Assembly (NCBI GenBank): GCA_963707985.1
Contig: CAVPRW010000034.1
Span: 64,001-128,000, forward strand
Direction of reading: 5' to 3'
DNA length: 64,000 bases
Source of the DNA: an uncultured Nitrospinota bacterium
GTDB taxonomy: Bacteria; Tectomicrobia; Entotheonellia; J063; CAVPRW01
Shown here in pieces: positions 42,790 to 53,680 of this stretch. The stretch's first letter is position 1. Every line of letters begins with the position of its first letter. The position numbers and the translations under genes are program-made. The notes beneath the pieces were generated by a model, which made no database searches, was not told where the DNA came from, and saw only the letters and a program-made list of their open reading frames with translations.

Positions 42790-43104
42790 TTAGAGGCGGC
42801 TGCGCCACCAGTCGAGCTCCCGCTGCATGCTGCGCAGGCGCTCGGTCAAGTCGAGGATGACCGCGACCCCAGCCAGGTTCACCCCCAGATCCCGCCGCAA
42901 TCGTTGGATCGCTCGTACTCGCAGGACCGCCGACGTGTCGAACAGGAGACGCGGACCATCCCGCCCCACCGGTTCGAGCAAGCCGAAGTCAACCAGGCTC
43001 TCTATCAGGTCTGGATGCAGGCGAGCCGCGTGCGCCAACTCCTCGAGCGTCAACCGCTGCGCATCCCGCTGAGAGAGGACGATCGCCTTCCATTCGCTGT
43101 TCAT
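42790..43104 (-). CDS. cbpM: Chaperone modulator CbpM (MerR-like)
   Basis: LVDFGLLEP...[19 protein letters not shown]; overlaps the cbpA stop. Confidence 0.85.
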   Translation of the reverse strand: MNSEWKAIVLSQRDAQRLTLEELAHAARLHPDLIESLVDFGLLEPVGRDGPRLLFDTSAVLRVRAIQRLRRDLGVNLAGVAVILDLTERLRSMQRELDWWRSRL

Positions 43105-44129
43105 GGCTTACCCCCTGTGATGAGGTCGCGTGGTCTGAAGCCCGACGTGGCTGCCAGCTTCTCGAACAGCTCACGCTCGTCCGTCGTGAGCTTCGGCGGT
43201 ACCATAATCTTGAGTTTGACGTACAAGTCCCCACGGCCGCCCTCCTGACGTGGGACCCCCTTACCCCGAAGTCGCAGGCGCTGGCCGCCCTGACTGCCGG
43301 GCGGGATGGTCATCTCGACTGAGCCGTTGAGCGTTGGCACCGTCACTTTAGCCCCAAGCGCCACCTCCCACGGCGCCACCGGCAGTTCGAGTTGTAAATC
43401 GTCGTCTGCGATGAAAGTGAACAGCGGGTGCGGCGAGAGGTGCAGCCGCAGGTAGAGGTCTCCAGCAGGGGCGCTTCCGGTGCCAGGTTCGCCCTGCCCC
43501 GCCAGGCGGATCACCGAACCCTCTCGCACCCCAACGGGAATGTGCACGGCAAGCGATTTCGGACGTCGAACCACCCCCGTGCCGTGGCACACGGGGCAGA
43601 GACGACGATCCTGAGTACCAGTACCGCCGCAACTGGCACAGCGTTCCGCCGCTGAAATGGTCAGCGTGCGCGTCGCGCCGCGATAGATGTCATCGAGGGT
43701 CAGCGCCAGATCCGCCTCGACGTCGGCGCCGCGCATCGCAAATCCCGGACCGGCACGCGGGCCTCGAGATCCGCCGAAGAGAGTCTCGAAGAAGTCACTG
43801 AACCCGCCTTGACCTCGTCCCCCACCAAAGAGATCGCCGAAGTCACCAGACTCCATCCGCCCCGTCTGCCAGCCGGGAGGAGGCGTAAAGTCCGCGCCTG
43901 CCGTCCAGCTGGGCCCGAGCTCGTCATAACGCTTCCGCTTCTCAGCGTCGGATAGCACCTCATAGGCTTCATTCAGCTCTTTGAACTTGTCCTCGGCCGT
44001 CGGATCGTCGGGATTGACATCAGGATGGTACTTGCGGGCGAGTTTGCGGTAGGCTTTCTTGATCTCGTCCGCCGTCGCTGTGCGTGACACGCCAAGGATC
44101 TGATAGTAATCTTTGAACTGTACGGCCAT
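43101..44129 (-). CDS. cbpA: DnaJ-class chaperone, CbpA-like
   Basis: J domain KDYY...HPD; GFSDFF; two CxxCxGxG repeats; DnaJ C-terminal GDLY. Confidence 0.88.
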   Translation of the reverse strand: MAVQFKDYYQILGVSRTATADEIKKAYRKLARKYHPDVNPDDPTAEDKFKELNEAYEVLSDAEKRKRYDELGPSWTAGADFTPPPGWQTGRMESGDFGDLFGGGRGQGGFSDFFETLFGGSRGPRAGPGFAMRGADVEADLALTLDDIYRGATRTLTISAAERCASCGGTGTQDRRLCPVCHGTGVVRRPKSLAVHIPVGVREGSVIRLAGQGEPGTGSAPAGDLYLRLHLSPHPLFTFIADDDLQLELPVAPWEVALGAKVTVPTLNGSVEMTIPPGSQGGQRLRLRGKGVPRQEGGRGDLYVKLKIMVPPKLTTDERELFEKLAATSGFRPRDLITGGKP

Positions 44130-44215
44130 CGTTGTGCTCTCACGTGGTGGGCGTGGCTGTTCACGCCATGATCGGTATCGTGTTTCCTCAGTTGGTCCGA
44201 ACATCCCGCGACAAA

Positions 44216-44231
44216 AGCAAGTTGGGTGCCT
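44216..44231 (-). promoter_or_regulatory. Sigma54 -24/-12 promoter (cbpA-cbpM)
   Basis: AGGCACCCAACTTGCT. Confidence 0.62.
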
Positions 44232-44342
44232 AACACACGACTTGAAGTCGGCCCCGTTCGCCGTCTCCCCCATTATAGGGAAATGTTGCGACCGCGAGCC
44301 ACAGGGTAATTCCCGATGTGTTCCAGGCCTACACGTGAAGAC

Positions 44343-44380
44343 TGAGACAGAATGGTATCCGGCAGGGACAAACTGACCCA
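44343..44380. promoter_or_regulatory. Candidate UAS pair between divergent sigma54 promoters
   Basis: AGGGACA-aac-TGACCCA (44364), plus a weaker TGAGACA site 21 bp upstream. Confidence 0.5.
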
Positions 44381-44455
44381 TCGCCTTGTCTGCTCGTTGA
44401 TGGCCGCCAGGCGCGTCACGTTGTCGCCCGAGATCGGAGCACCTTCATCCATAGA

Positions 44456-44471
44456 CGGCAAGGTGCTTGCA
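44456..44471 (+). promoter_or_regulatory. Sigma54 -24/-12 promoter
   Basis: CGGCAAGGTGCTTGCA. Confidence 0.6.
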
Positions 44472-44624
44472 CACACCTGTTCAGACGGTCACTAGTAGAC
44501 CACATCCACCTAAGCGCATCCTAAGGTTGGCGCCCCACTCCGCGCCCCACAGGACCAGGGCCTCGAGGCCGCGTGGCAGCACATGCAACGTTCCGACGTT
44601 GATTTAGGGGGGGAGTATCGTCCT

Positions 44625-45077
44625 ATGGCCATCAACAAGCTTAACGTTCCCGGTCCCGTAGCACGGGCGGTGCCGGCTGAAAAGCTGGATGCGATCGCCC
44701 CCTTCACTGAGGATGCGCGCTGCTTCATGACCAACTCTGGGACAGAGGCGGTCGAGGCCGCGATCAAGCTGGCACGATACCACACCCGGCGTCCATGTTT
44801 CATTGGATTTTATGGGGCTTTCCATGGGCGCACCATGGGCGCGTTAGCGTTCACCGCCAGCAGGCGCGCCCAGCGTGCCGGATTTTCTCCCATGCTCAGC
44901 GGGGTCACCCATATCCCGTACCCTGACCCCTACCGGCCACACCTCCAGGGCCCCCAGGGCCGATCGGTGGTGCGGATTGCTCCCGCGTTGAATATCACCC
45001 GGCCGCTGGTCGAGGAAGGGCTGGCGATCTTCGAGCGGGCGCTGACCGAAGCCGAGCAGACGACTGAGCGGTGGTAG
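44625..45077 (+). pseudogene. Class III aminotransferase with large in-frame internal deletions
   Basis: N-terminal PGP; NSGTEAVEAAIKLAR; FHGRTMGA; C-terminal VRIAPALNI; PLP-binding DE/K region absent; only about 150 aa. Confidence 0.82.
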
Positions 45078-45235
45078 CGAACGTCTGGGAAGCGTCCTCC
45101 ACGGATCCCTCCATGGTCGGGGCTCGAGGCGTGCCAGAGGAGGGGAGAACGAAGGCTCTCTCAGGGTGCGTGCCAGGCGCGCATAAGCCTGGCGGCTGGT
45201 CAGCCGTATTCGAGGACATAGAAAGGGGGACCAGG

Positions 45236-45661
45236 ATGAAGCGATGGGCGATGTGGTTGGGACTGGCGGTCCTGGTGCTGGTGATCGCCATTCAGTTTGT
45301 CCCTGTGGAGACCACTAATCCTCCGGTGGAGGGCGACATCCCGACCGTGCCCGCAGTGAAAACTGTCCTCCGGCATGCCTGCTATGATTGCCACTCCAAT
45401 GAAACAGTGTGGCCCTGGTATAGTCGCATCGCCCCTCTCTCCTGGCTGGTCACACGCGCTGTACGCGAGGGGCGGGCCGAGCTCAACTTCTCCACGTGGA
45501 ATCGGTACAGCACGCAAGAGCAGGTGAAGAAACTACAAGAGAGTTGGGTGTACGGGACGGAAGGCCAAATGCCCCCTTGGTTCTATCTTCCAGTGCATCG
45601 TGATGCGCGTCTTTCGGCTGAAGACCGTGCGCTTCTCCGGCAGTGGGCCTTGCAGCGGTGA
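45236..45661 (+). CDS. Heme-binding domain protein (monoheme cytochrome c, Haem_bd-like)
   Basis: N-terminal TM; ACYDCHSNETVWPWYS; GRAELNFS; MPP. Confidence 0.88.
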   Translation: MKRWAMWLGLAVLVLVIAIQFVPVETTNPPVEGDIPTVPAVKTVLRHACYDCHSNETVWPWYSRIAPLSWLVTRAVREGRAELNFSTWNRYSTQEQVKKLQESWVYGTEGQMPPWFYLPVHRDARLSAEDRALLRQWALQR

Positions 45662-45709
45662 GCGAGCCGTCGGGTACAGGCATTTGGGGAATAGGCGATC
45701 CTGGTAGGC

Positions 45710-46010
45710 CAGCCTGGCTCGGAGGCGATCGTCTTCACTCCCTGCAGCTTGCGGTGCGCGTTCTGCCAGCACTGGGAGACCAGCCATTTCAGACTGAGCA
45801 CTGAGATCTCCCACCACTGCCCAAGGAGCTCGGCAGCGGCAGTGATGAGCTTTACGGGCGGCTTGACCCGCACCGCACGGAGCGTGACCAACGGCTTCAT
45901 CGGTACGGAGGCGCTGCGGCACATCTCGACGGTGTTGGATGCCGCCAACGTGGATTTGAAGTTTTTCAAGGAGAAGTGCTACCGACGCATCTCCGGGGCG
46001 CGGCCCCACA
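45710..46010 (+). pseudogene. Radical SAM enzyme remnant (AmmeMemoRadiSam/PFL-activase-like)
   Basis: CSLRCAFC (CxxxCxxC) QHWE; VTNGFI; LDAANVDLK; no start, internally deleted. Confidence 0.65.
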
Positions 46011-46288
46011 CCCGTCGTGACCCTGCGGCATGCCCGGGAGATAGGCTTCGAGGCGGGATTGCGGTATATCTACAAGGGGAATGTGCACGGTGACGGCGGG
46101 GAGCCTACCTATTGTTACGCCTGCCAGGCTCTGCTGATTCGGCGCTAAGACTTCTTCTTATTAAGCAGCCGGATTCGGCAGGGGACATGTCCCGATTGCG
46201 GGGCGTTGATCGATGGCGTTGAGATCGCCAGCACCGAGAGAATAGGTATGACCGCTCTGCTGGAGGTGGCTCCAGAGGTGGCAGGTAA

Positions 46289-46720
46289 TCAATCCCCTCC
46301 TCGATGCTCTGACACCCACATCCTCGGTTTCGGCTCCTTCCCTGTGGGGGGCTGTTCCTCAACGGCTACGGCCGATGGCTCCTCATGGCGTCTGGCACAA
46401 TTCGCGCACAAGCGCGTTGCGGGCAGCGCCCCTAACCGACCGATGGTGATCGCTTGGCCGCAGTCTTCGCACGTCCCATAGGTCGCATCGGCGACGCGTT
46501 GCAGCGCGGCATCAATCTCCTGAAACGCGTGAATCTGCCGGTCGTCAAGCCGAGCCAGCAGGCTGGCCATACGCTCCTCTTGGGCTCGCGACGCCAGTTC
46601 GGTGTCGCGATCTCCGGCGATCAATCGCAGCTCCGTTTCTGTCTCCGCTACTTCCTTCAGCACTTCCGTGCGCTGCCGGTGGAGTGTCTGCACAAGTACC
46701 TCACGTTCTGTCTCGTTCAT
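46289..46720 (-). CDS. TraR/DksA C4 zinc-finger protein
   Basis: IDAALQR...TYGTCEDCG..I..GRL.ALP...LCANC. Confidence 0.9.
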   Translation of the reverse strand: MNETEREVLVQTLHRQRTEVLKEVAETETELRLIAGDRDTELASRAQEERMASLLARLDDRQIHAFQEIDAALQRVADATYGTCEDCGQAITIGRLGALPATRLCANCARRHEEPSAVAVEEQPPTGKEPKPRMWVSEHRGGD

Positions 46721-46820
46721 GGTAGGCCTCCTGCTCTATTGAGCTTTCTCACCATGCATTCCCCCACTTATCCTCACCTGCGCGGGCCAGGGCATCGACC
46801 TGCTCCGGCTCGCTTGACCA

Positions 46821-47789
46821 TCATTGGCGGAGCGCGAAGCGGGCGCGGTCCCGCAGAATCCGCTCCGGGTCTCCCCAATCGCTCCAATACACCCCTTGTA
46901 CTCGAAGCACGCCGAGGCGATGGGGGCAGCGCGCCAGGATTGCCTGCGAGAAGTTGACGGTGGGGAGCTTCGCATAGGCCGTGCGCATGGCTTCAGCCTC
47001 TCGTGGTGACCCCAAGGCCTGCGCGATGGGTTCGAAGGCATCCATCAGTTCAGGTGTCAGCTCTTGGAAGAGTTTGAGCAGCACCGTGACCTGAGCGACG
47101 AGCACCATGGTGTTCCACAGGTATCCCTGTAGATACAGATCGGCAACCTTTTCGAGGGTTGGCTTCTCCCAGAACTGGCGCACCTGATAAACAGTCGCGC
47201 CCTCCTTGTGCCAAAGCATCTCCCCTGGTTCAATCCAGCCGTACTCGACCTCTGGCTCAGTCGGCTCCACCCCAAGGAGGACAGGGCAATCGGGACGCTC
47301 ACTGACGCAGGCAGCGGCATGCTTGACGGCCGCCATGAAGCGCTGCTCCTCCCAGACGAAATGGTCTGAGGGGAAGAGGACAACCACGGCCTCGGGGTCG
47401 CGTCGGTGGGCGTGGAGGAGCGGCAGCAGGATACCGGGGCCAGTCTCGCGATTGCAAGGCTGGACGATCAGCATCTCCAGCGAGCGATCGTGCAGCTCCT
47501 CCTGGGCATAGCGCAGGTGTGGGTCTGTGATGATGACGAAGAGACGGGTCGGCGGGATGAGCCGTTCTGCGCGTCGCAGCGTGTGGTACAGCATCGAGCG
47601 GTGATTAATGAGGGCGCAGTATTGCTTGGGGCGGTCGACGCCGAAGGAGGCGCGGATAAAGGGCTGCAGCCGCCGGCCCTCGCCACCGGCCAAGATAATA
47701 CCCCACAGGTGCCTTCGGGAGGGGCGGCACTCCTCCCGCCTTTTCAATGCCTCACGGCCTACTATAGCACTCAGTGTGGTTCGCTCCAT
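46821..47789 (-). CDS. Sugar-phosphate nucleotidyltransferase (mannose-1-P guanylyltransferase-like)
   Basis: IILAGGEGRRL; PKQY; QPCNRETGP; PSDH; YGWI; FWEKP; WSDWG. Confidence 0.9.
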   Translation of the reverse strand: MERTTLSAIVGREALKRREECRPSRRHLWGIILAGGEGRRLQPFIRASFGVDRPKQYCALINHRSMLYHTLRRAERLIPPTRLFVIITDPHLRYAQEELHDRSLEMLIVQPCNRETGPGILLPLLHAHRRDPEAVVVLFPSDHFVWEEQRFMAAVKHAAACVSERPDCPVLLGVEPTEPEVEYGWIEPGEMLWHKEGATVYQVRQFWEKPTLEKVADLYLQGYLWNTMVLVAQVTVLLKLFQELTPELMDAFEPIAQALGSPREAEAMRTAYAKLPTVNFSQAILARCPHRLGVLRVQGVYWSDWGDPERILRDRARFALRQ

Positions 47790-47833
47790 CAATCCTCCCT
47801 CCTGTCGTATCGCAGCGGTTGCTACCACAGCGG

Positions 47834-47849
47834 TGCATAGCTCATGCCA
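47834..47849 (-). promoter_or_regulatory. Sigma54 -24/-12 promoter (nucleotidyltransferase and dksA-like)
   Basis: TGGCATGAGCTATGCA. Confidence 0.55.
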
Positions 47850-48172
47850 GCGAGTTGGGAACTGTGCCCCTCTCTGTACTAATGGTCATGGCACGGTCTT
47901 GGTCCGGACCCGGAGACAATCGGGCCTGGGCCCACCAGGCGGGACGGACGTCGCCCGGATCATTGGCGATTACCCAGCAGTCAGGGCAATGGCAGCGCTT
48001 CTTGCAAGGGCAAAGCTTTCCTGAGGACGAAGCTCCCTGAGGTGTTCGAGTAGGCGGACGAGGTCTTTGGCTGACCCCTTCCACGGGGATATCACGACGT
48101 GGGCTGAGGGGTGCGCCTCAGCATGTCCCACCAGGGGCTCCTTTTGGCTGGGCACGCGGCGGCCTCGAGGCG

Positions 48173-48319
48173 TGGGGCACTATGACCGGCGACGGGACAG
48201 GATGTCCCATAGCGCAGCCCTCCAGCAGCGATTAGCGCGCCACGTCGCGCCATCACCTGGCCTTGGCGTCCGCCCGGGGCATCCACATAGGCCAATCCTC
48301 TGACGGCAAGGCATTTGCG
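48173..48319 (+). promoter_or_regulatory. UAS pair plus sigma54 promoter upstream of the BON remnant
   Basis: TGGGGCA-cta-TGACCGG (48173); CGGGACA-gga-TGTCCCA (48193); CGGCAAGGCATTTGCG (48304). Confidence 0.55.
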
Positions 48320-48358
48320 CCAAGCCGTGGTGATCTGAAGAGACGGTGGTGACAGGGC

Positions 48359-48728
48359 TTGTCAAGGCCGACGACTAAATCGAACCCTTACCCCATCCAT
48401 CTGCACTGCGAGGACGGCATCGTGACGGTCGACGGCGAGGCGGAGTACATCGTCGCCAAGAAGCTTGCGCTCGAGCTCGCCGCGGCCATACCCGGTGTGG
48501 ATGGCCTGGTGGGTACCGGGGAGCCGCGACGTCATCAATGGGTTAGCGGTGGAGCCACCGCAGGAAGACAGCGACAACGAGATGACGGATGCGGTGCAGC
48601 TGGTCTTGGAAAAGGATCCCTTCGTCAGGGCGGACCAGATCCGCGTCCACACACGGGGACGCGTCATATCTCTGGAGGGGTTGGTGCCCAACACAACCAT
48701 CCGGGAAATGGCGGATTACGACGCTTGG
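48359..48728 (+). pseudogene. Multi-BON-domain protein remnant
   Basis: DGIVTVDGE...KKLALE.AAAIPGV; DVINGL.VEP...D.EMTDAV.LVLEKDPFV...I.V...VISLEG; frameshifted. Confidence 0.65.
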
Positions 48729-48942
48729 AGAGATCATGGGGATTTTGCAGGCCCTCAACGCCCAGCAGGAGATCACCATCGTCGTGGTCACCCATGAGCC
48801 CGACATGGCGCGATACGCCAAACGGATCATCGTGTTCAAGGACGGCCAGGTAGCCGAGGATCGCTCGGTCAGGCATCGCACGATCGCACCAGGGGTGCAG
48901 TACGAGCCGGTGACCGCTGGGGAGCCGGCAGAGGTCGGGTGA
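48729..48942 (+). pseudogene. ABC transporter ATPase (LolD/MacB-like) C-terminal remnant
   Basis: EIMGILQALN...TIVVVTHEPDMA..AKRII.FKDGQV. Confidence 0.7.
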
Positions 48943-49231
48943 TGGCAGTGATCGCATCTGCACCTGAAACACGGCGCCGGGCTCATCCCGCGCTGGAGCA
49001 AGCGTAGGACAATTGGGAGGACCAACCCTCTACCAGGCTGTTTCCGCCTGTCAGGGCGATTGAGTCGAGGGCAGGCCGTGCTATTCAGCGCCGCTCAATG
49101 CCCGTCGAGATGACGTGTCATGCACAGCTCCGTCGAGCCGTATTATCGAAAGGAGAGGGTGGAGACCGAAAGGTTCGAAATAAACCATGCCCGGGTTAGG
49201 TGCAGCTCCGCCAACCTGAAAGGAGAGCGAC

Positions 49232-49668
49232 ATGCGCCGAAAGAACATCATGCGCAGCGTCACGCTGCCAGGGATGATCATCACAGGGCTGTTTGTCCTG
49301 AGTCTAGTCTATGCGCAGACCCCTGGAACCGGGAAAACGAGCTATGCTCCAGTGGATATCAAGGAAGATTTCACCACGATCATGACCCGCATGAAAGCGG
49401 CGAAAGTGGAAGTGATGAAGCGGCAGATGGGCTTGCTCAACGAGCGCTACGATTTGAGCAACCGACCGGCATCTGGGGTGACGATGTCCCGCGGCAAGCC
49501 CATTCAGGAGGGAGTGCGAGTCAAACTACCGCCCGGGGTGAGCTGGGAACAGCTGGGCGCGATGAGCCTGGAAGAAATTCGCGAGAAGGGGCTTTTCCCG
49601 AAGGGGTTCATGCCCCCCCCGCACCCCAACCATCCAGAGGGCGGCATGGTGTTTCCGCAGTTCCACAT
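49232..49668 (+). pseudogene. N-terminal part of an exported cytochrome c peroxidase-like protein, truncated
   Basis: Signal peptide; RYDLSNRP..GVTMSRGKPIQEGVRVKLP...PHPNHPEGGMVFP recalled from this family; no CxxCH reached. Confidence 0.55.
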
Positions 49669-49924
49669 CGACTCCGAGATCGTCGCCCACCCGTTTGAGG
49701 AGCGCAACCCGGCCTTCATACAGCTGATCGAACAGGTCATCCGCTGAGCGCATGCCTGCGGCCGCAAGGTCGGGATCTACGGCCAGGCACTGAGCGACTA
49801 TCCAGAGTTTGCGCGTTTCCTGGTACGCTGCCGCATCGATAGCATCTCCCTGAACCCGGACACCGTGCTCAAGACCACCCAGGAGATCCTAGAGGCTGAG
49901 AAGGCGTTGACAGCGGCTGGCTGA
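49669..49924 (+). pseudogene. ppsA: Phosphoenolpyruvate synthase C-terminal remnant
   Basis: DSEIVAH.FEERNPA...*..GRKVGI.GQA.SDYPEFA.FLV...IDSISLNPDTV; internal TGA at 49745. Confidence 0.75.
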
Positions 49925-50008
49925 TGGCCGATTGATGCGTAAGCTCGATGCCGTCTTCGGTGTGAATCTGCTCGCCGGAGCGTTCCAAGGCCACGACCAA
50001 TTCCTCCG

Positions 50009-50176
50009 CTGTGTGACATGCTCACTGATCGGGACATCGCCCTCCGGGTCGTGGAACAGGAGAAAAAACCGCACCTGACCTCTGTGGGCACGATGATGAC
50101 CCCCAACCCAGTCCGCATCCACATGGACAGCACACTCCATGAGCTAACAATGCTGATGCATAGCCAGCATGGGTAG
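50009..50176 (+). pseudogene. CBS-domain remnant, paralogous to 36694-37167
   Basis: LCDMLTDRDIALRV...P..TSV...MT..PVRI..DSTLHELT.LMH*. Confidence 0.7.
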
Positions 50177-50395
50177 TGTGCCAGCTTTGTTGAACATCTT
50201 GGACAAATAGTTTAGGCTCCTATCTATGGCATTTCCACCCTGTGGGCGGCGAACGGCGTCACTGAAAAACGATGTCCCATACCCAATCGATCTTCATCAG
50301 TTGCTGGCGTTGGCGATGTGGCTGGAATAGGCCAGGGCGGGATGAGGCGCTCTAGCCTGCACACGGGGCAGGCGTCACCCCCAAGTCGCCGGCCC

Positions 50396-50524
50396 ATGTC
50401 AGAGGTGGGGCGGATCGGCGGCGGCCAGGTGCCGAGGCCAGGCGAGGGGTCGCTTGCCCAAAACGGTGGGCTCTTTTTGGATGAACTCCCTGAGTTCCGC
50501 CGCCATGTCCTCGATCTTCTGAGG
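50396..50524 (+). pseudogene. comM: ComM/YifB Mg-chelatase-like ATPase internal fragment
   Basis: [37 protein letters not shown]. Confidence 0.8.
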
Positions 50525-50676
50525 GGGGTGGGCCCGCAGGCCTCGCACCCCCTCAAGCAGACAGCTCATGGGCTCACGACGCCCTATGCTGGGAGTGATT
50601 GACACCCGCGTGCGACTGACGTATACGGAGTGGCAGCACGACTCCAAAAACGGCTTGTCTCACAAGGAGGTGGACG

Positions 50677-52325
50677 ATGGACCAACGCGTTGGCTGCAGA
50701 AGACCCTGGGAACAGGCCCGGCGTGCCGGACGCTGGGGGCTCACAGTGCTGCTGGTGGTCTTGGGACTAACCCTGGCCGCTTATGCATGCGTGGTTGCGG
50801 CTGAGCCGCCCAGCAAGGGCGGAACCATTATCTGGGCGGTGCATGAGGGCATGCCGGACTTTGACATTCATTACCAGGGCACCTATATCGCCGCGCAACC
50901 CATTGGCCCGATCTACAACGGCTTGCTGACGTTCGACGTCTATGACAATGAGAAAATCGTGGGCGACTTGGCCGAGCGCTGGGAGATTGCCCCTGACGGC
51001 AAGCGGATCACGTTTGCCTTGCGCCAGGGCGTGAAGTTCCACGATGGGTCAGATTTCACCTGTGCCGATGCCAAATATAGCCTCGAGAAGCTCACGGATC
51101 CGAAGCGCGCCACTCCCCTCTTCGTGACCATCATGGAAGATGTCTTCGCCGGCGCCACCTGTACGGACGATTTTACCCTGGTGCTGTCCCTCAAGGAGCC
51201 CTCGGCGGTGGTGCTGAACCTACTGGCGGGGGCGCATGCGGTGATGATGAAGGCCGGCATCGCCGAGCAGGTAGACCGCAAGGACCCCAAATTCCTGGTC
51301 GGAACCGGGCCGTTCAAATTCAAATCCTATACGCCGGGGATCGATTTTCGCGCCGAGCGCAACCCGCACTACTGGAAGCCTGGCCTGCCGCACATCGACG
51401 GGTACCAGGCCGTGGTCATGGCTGATCTCACCAAGATCTTTGCCTCCTTTCGGGCGCGGCAACTGACCATGACGGGGATCGGCCGCCATCTGGAACCGCC
51501 CGAGGCCGACATCCTGAAAAAGGATTTCCCCGACGCAGTCGTGGCCCTCGGACCACGCGCGGGGTGGGATACGTTTGCCATGAACCTCAGCAGGCCCCCG
51601 TTCAATGATCCACGGGTGCGGAAAGCGGTGGCGCTGGCCACCGACCGGGAGAAGATGATCGAAATTGCGGCCGAGGGGTGGGGCGTGCTAGGCGGGTATA
51701 TTGGTCCCCATACGCCCTATGGGCTGCCACTGGAAGAGTTGAAGCAGTATCCGCAGTTCGGCGACGATATGGCCAGGCGCCAGGCGGAGGCCAAACGGCT
51801 GTTGGCCGAAGCAGGGTATGCCCAGGGGTTGGACGTCGAGTATCGGGTGCGCCGCGGTCCCATGTACGAGCGTGGGGCGCTGTCCCGGCAAGATGATCTG
51901 AAAAAGGTGGGGATCAATCTCAAACTCACGCTGCTGGATACGGCGGCCTTTCGCGACCGCAACGAAAAGGGGGATTTTCAGGCCTATACGGCCCTGAAGT
52001 CGGTCAACATCGACGATCCGGACATCTATTATGCGCGCTTTACGTGCGAGACCCCGGCTCAACCTGGACCAGATACTGCAACCCGGAGTTTGACAAGCTC
52101 TTTGTGGAACAGAGCCAGACGTTTGATGTCCAGAAACGGGCCGAGATCACCCGCCAGATGGAGCGCATGCTCTTGCAGGAGGTGCCGGATGACCGTGGGT
52201 TTTACTGGAAATCGGCCATGGCGTATTGGAACCGGGTGCAGCAATGGCCCCCGATCCAGGGGACCACGGTGTACAACTTTGGCAAGTTTGAGCAGGTGTG
52301 GTGCCAGGGTGGCAAGTGTATGTGA
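50677..52325 (+). CDS. ABC transporter substrate-binding protein, family 5 (peptide/nickel), frameshift near 52055
   Basis: GDLAERWEI..DG...TF.LRQGVKFHDG; GTGPFKF; PFNDPRVRKA; C-terminus YCNPEFDKL in the -1 frame; no permease genes nearby. Confidence 0.88.
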
Positions 52326-52638
52326 GCGCTGATGGCGACAGGACTGGCACGACTGCGGCGGCCCATCTACCCATGACAGGAACGGACGGCGGTCGTGCCA
52401 GGGGGCCGCGTTCTCGAGCCGCGCCGCGATGTCATCGGCGGTGAGCACCTCCGTGATGGCTGCATGCGTGGTGAGGCATCCCCCGGTCATGGTTGTGGTC
52501 ACTGCATCCCTCCTTCCTCACGCCTGTGTGGCAGGCACCAGTATCACACCGGTGGAGCGCCAGGTCCCGATGCCTGTCTGCCTGGGGTGGGCTGCTTGGG
52601 GTCCCAGCAAGAGGGACCGGGGCCTGCGGAGCGCCACG

Positions 52639-52950
52639 ATGTCTGAGGCCACCACGGTGGAAGGGGTCTTGAAACGGGATCGGGCTATTGTCCTGGCGGC
52701 CTTGGCCGGTCTCTTGGCCTGGGCCTACATGATCGCCCCGGCCCGGTGGATGCCCCGCATGCAGCCCTGGGGGCGACTGAGGCCCTCCTCCCCTGGGTCA
52801 TGTGGGCCGTGATGATGGCCGCTCTGATGACTCCCTCGGCGGCCCCCATGATCGTGACGTTTGCCACCATGATCCGCCGACGACAGACCTAGCAGGAGCC
52901 GTTTGTGTCCACCACGGTGTTGGTGCTGGGCTATCTACTCGTCTGGGACG
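52639..52950 (+). pseudogene. DUF2182-family membrane protein remnant
   Basis: LKRDRAIV...LAWAY; shifted frame MWAVMMAALMTPSAAPMI; stop; GYLLVW. Confidence 0.65.
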
Positions 52951-53084
52951 GTCTCACTGAAGTACTATAATGCGTATATCGCTGAGCTGACCCACCTAGC
53001 GGCGTTAACCCACATGGGTGGAGTCGGCCAGAGCATTATGAGCCGCTCTGACCATCACAGAAGCCATGTGTAACATTCCCGACA

Positions 53085-53302
53085 CGCAGGCCCGCGCAAT
53101 CGTCACCACGCCATCCTCGAGCGGTTGGCGCAACACCTCCAATCAGCCCCGCATCCGAGATGGTATGATGGGGCGCGCAAAACGGTCGAGTGGTGACCAA
53201 CGCCGTACGGTCTCCGGTCATGCCGGCGACGCTGTGAATACGCGTGGTCTCGATGGCCTCGGCGAGGGTCATCGCCGGCAGGATGGTGGTGAGACGGCGT
53301 GC
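53085..53302 (-). pseudogene. comM: ComM/YifB fragment with internal deletion
   Basis: [26 protein letters not shown]...[17 protein letters not shown] joined out of frame to [18 protein letters not shown]. Confidence 0.82.
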
Positions 53303-53680
53303 CTGGATCACTCGTGTTTCACGCGCGCCTTTCCGCTCGTCAAGGCGGGGAACGACCACGTGAGGGAGACACGCTCGACGCCCGTGCACTCGCTGCACCC
53401 ATCCGATACCCGCTAGATGCGACCGATACAGGGCCGCCCCCGGTGCACTCACCAGCGGATGGCTTTGATGGCGACGTCAACACTGGCCACCCATGCGATG
53501 TGGGTGAACACCAGGTTCACACAGGCGTCTTGCGCTTGCGCCGCGGCGGCGGCACAGCCGTCCCGAAATGCTACCCTCCGGAAAAACACGTTGAGGGAAA
53601 CCTTGCCACTACCTTCCAAATCGGCACGCTCAAACGGCTTGCCCTTACGGCGCATAGGTGCGCCTAACTACCCACGCGAT

